Part shown: one piece after another, positions 62,372 to 64,000 of the stretch
How positions within the stretch are numbered: position 1 is the stretch's first letter
Layout: the number at the start of each line of letters is the position of its first letter
Assembly: GCA_002269645.1 (NCBI GenBank)
Contig: NIVC01000085.1
Span: 558,001 to 622,000, forward strand
DNA: 64,000 nt
Origin: Macrostomum lignano
Taxonomy: Eukaryota
Direction of reading: 5' to 3'
The notes under the pieces: model-generated
Seen by the model: only the letters and a program-made list of their open reading frames with translations
Told to the model about the DNA's origin: nothing
Database searches by the model: none
Translations under genes and position numbers: made by a program

Positions 62372-63639
62372 CATTAACTAATTAAAATCTCTGCTTGACT
62401 AACGCTGTTGTAGGCCAACTCCCAAGGCACAAGGCATGTTAAACGATAAATAAAGTCTTTCGGAATGGTGCAGTGCCAGATTGAAATGCAAAAACGTTAG
62501 TGATTATTATTTGTTGAATAACTTTTTTCCTCGGAAAGTTTTTTTAAACTTTTTAGCAGTAGAATTAGTCGTTTAAATTCTTGTTACATCGGTGGTATAA
62601 ATCTATGACTGAATTTAGGTAGTTTGTAAACATTTGATTTTCTATATTTCGGTTAAAACATGCTGCCCTCATAGTCGTCAGCACGTGCAGGTGAAGCGGG
62701 ATTGGTCGGGTTAGTAAACAGCGTCCAACCCTCATTCAGCCACTGAGAGCGGCTCTTCACAGTCTTAGCGCTGTAGCTTCATTCCTTGTCATCTTGTAGA
62801 AATTATGAAATCATGTGAAATCACAGACACTATTTGCTACAATTTCTAGGAAAAATTCCGCATTCCTTCAGCGTATTGAAGAGTTGATTCGGGAGGTGAT
62901 CAGTCTCCCGAAAACTCCCACTTCCAGACACTTAAGCCTGGGAACAAATTAACGTGTTCGCTTACTGTGGCGGGCTCTTCTTCTGTGTCGAGCAGGTTCT
63001 CCGAGCTCGTTCCTTGTTTCTTCTTTGTTGCGCGCGTTTGTAGAGTTCGCTTCTTCCAATCTTCTTCTCCAGAGGAATCTTTTTGAAGTCTTCGAAGTCC
63101 AAAGTCGGCCGAGAGTGAGAGCAGAACAGTGAAGTCGACGTCGCAATATTTCCTCGAGTGCGGGATTCAGTACGTTCCTCGAGTGCCAAATCAGTATCAA
63201 CAGTGCGCCCTAATAAACTCAAATTCTAACGCGAGGTCCTCCAAAAGGGGCGTCTTCTTCTAGATCTAACGGAATCGGATTCGTGTGCTCCTATCGGTTA
63301 ATCTAGGATAATCCAAATCAACAGTCAGTAATCCTCTAAGGGTATCGGAATCGGTCCGCAGATCCTATCCAATCCCTTAGGAAAATGGGAGGCCTCAAAT
63401 AGTCTCAGTAAAGTCAACGGATCAAAAACGGCCGGCAATAAAATCACTCTCAATTAATCAAAATAGCGAAGACTTGAACAACGCTTCTCAATTGATACGC
63501 TTCTCTCCCAGAGATATAGCCTCGATTAGTTGCTCTAACTAACCACAAGATCTTTTGAGGCTGCTCCGAGTCTGAGATTTCAGCTCAGATTTTGCGCTTA
63601 TATTTATAGTCGAAATTGTGGTATATACTTAGTAGCTTG

Positions 63640-63800
63640 ATTCATATTTCATCATATTTCAACTTATTTCATCATATTTCACCATAGTTGCAACATATTT
63701 CACCATAGTTGCAACATATTTCACCATAGTTGCAACATATTTCACCATAGTTGCAACATATTTCACCATAGTTGCAACATATTTCACCATAGTTGCAACT
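63640..63800. repeat. 21-bp minisatellite (CATATTTCACCATAGTTGCAA)
   Basis: About 6 clean units plus degenerate ones. Confidence 0.92.
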
Positions 63801-64000
63801 TGTCTCATGCTTCGTCATACGTTGTATTCACTGTCTTAAAATAGAGTATGACAATTTGCAATTTTTATATCATTCAGGTTTTTCGCATTTTTATGTTACT
63901 GCTTACAGTAGTCTACTTGTAATGTTTCTGGATATCTCTACAGTATTTCCCCACAGTTTTTATGCATTGCTGCATCCGCGTCCGCCAAACCCAAAAGCAG

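Overview
This is animal (invertebrate) genomic DNA, not prokaryotic. It has GT-AG introns, many mini- and microsatellites and nested retroelements. The repeat style resembles a flatworm such as Macrostomum, but that is inference only. The left third (1-21 kb) holds a Ty3/Gypsy 5' half, one Cys-rich terminal exon and two tandem four-exon paralogs. The paralogs encode an N-terminal array of variable 33-aa ankyrin-like repeats fused to a Mab-21/cGAS-like nucleotidyltransferase (cGLR-like). Copy 2 is intact (1217 aa predicted). Copy 1 carries a 14-nt frameshifting deletion. The right 40 kb is a transposon graveyard: BEL/Pao, several Gypsy relics, a DIRS/Ngaro relic, one full-length recent Mag-type Gypsy (TSD TGATA) and an Ingi-like LINE. 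The LINE's 5' end appears to combine an HDV-like ribozyme with a 2A StopGo peptide. Almost all of these elements lie on the minus strand. There is no CRISPR array and no rRNA. Most ORFs in the supplied track are artefacts of tandem repeats.
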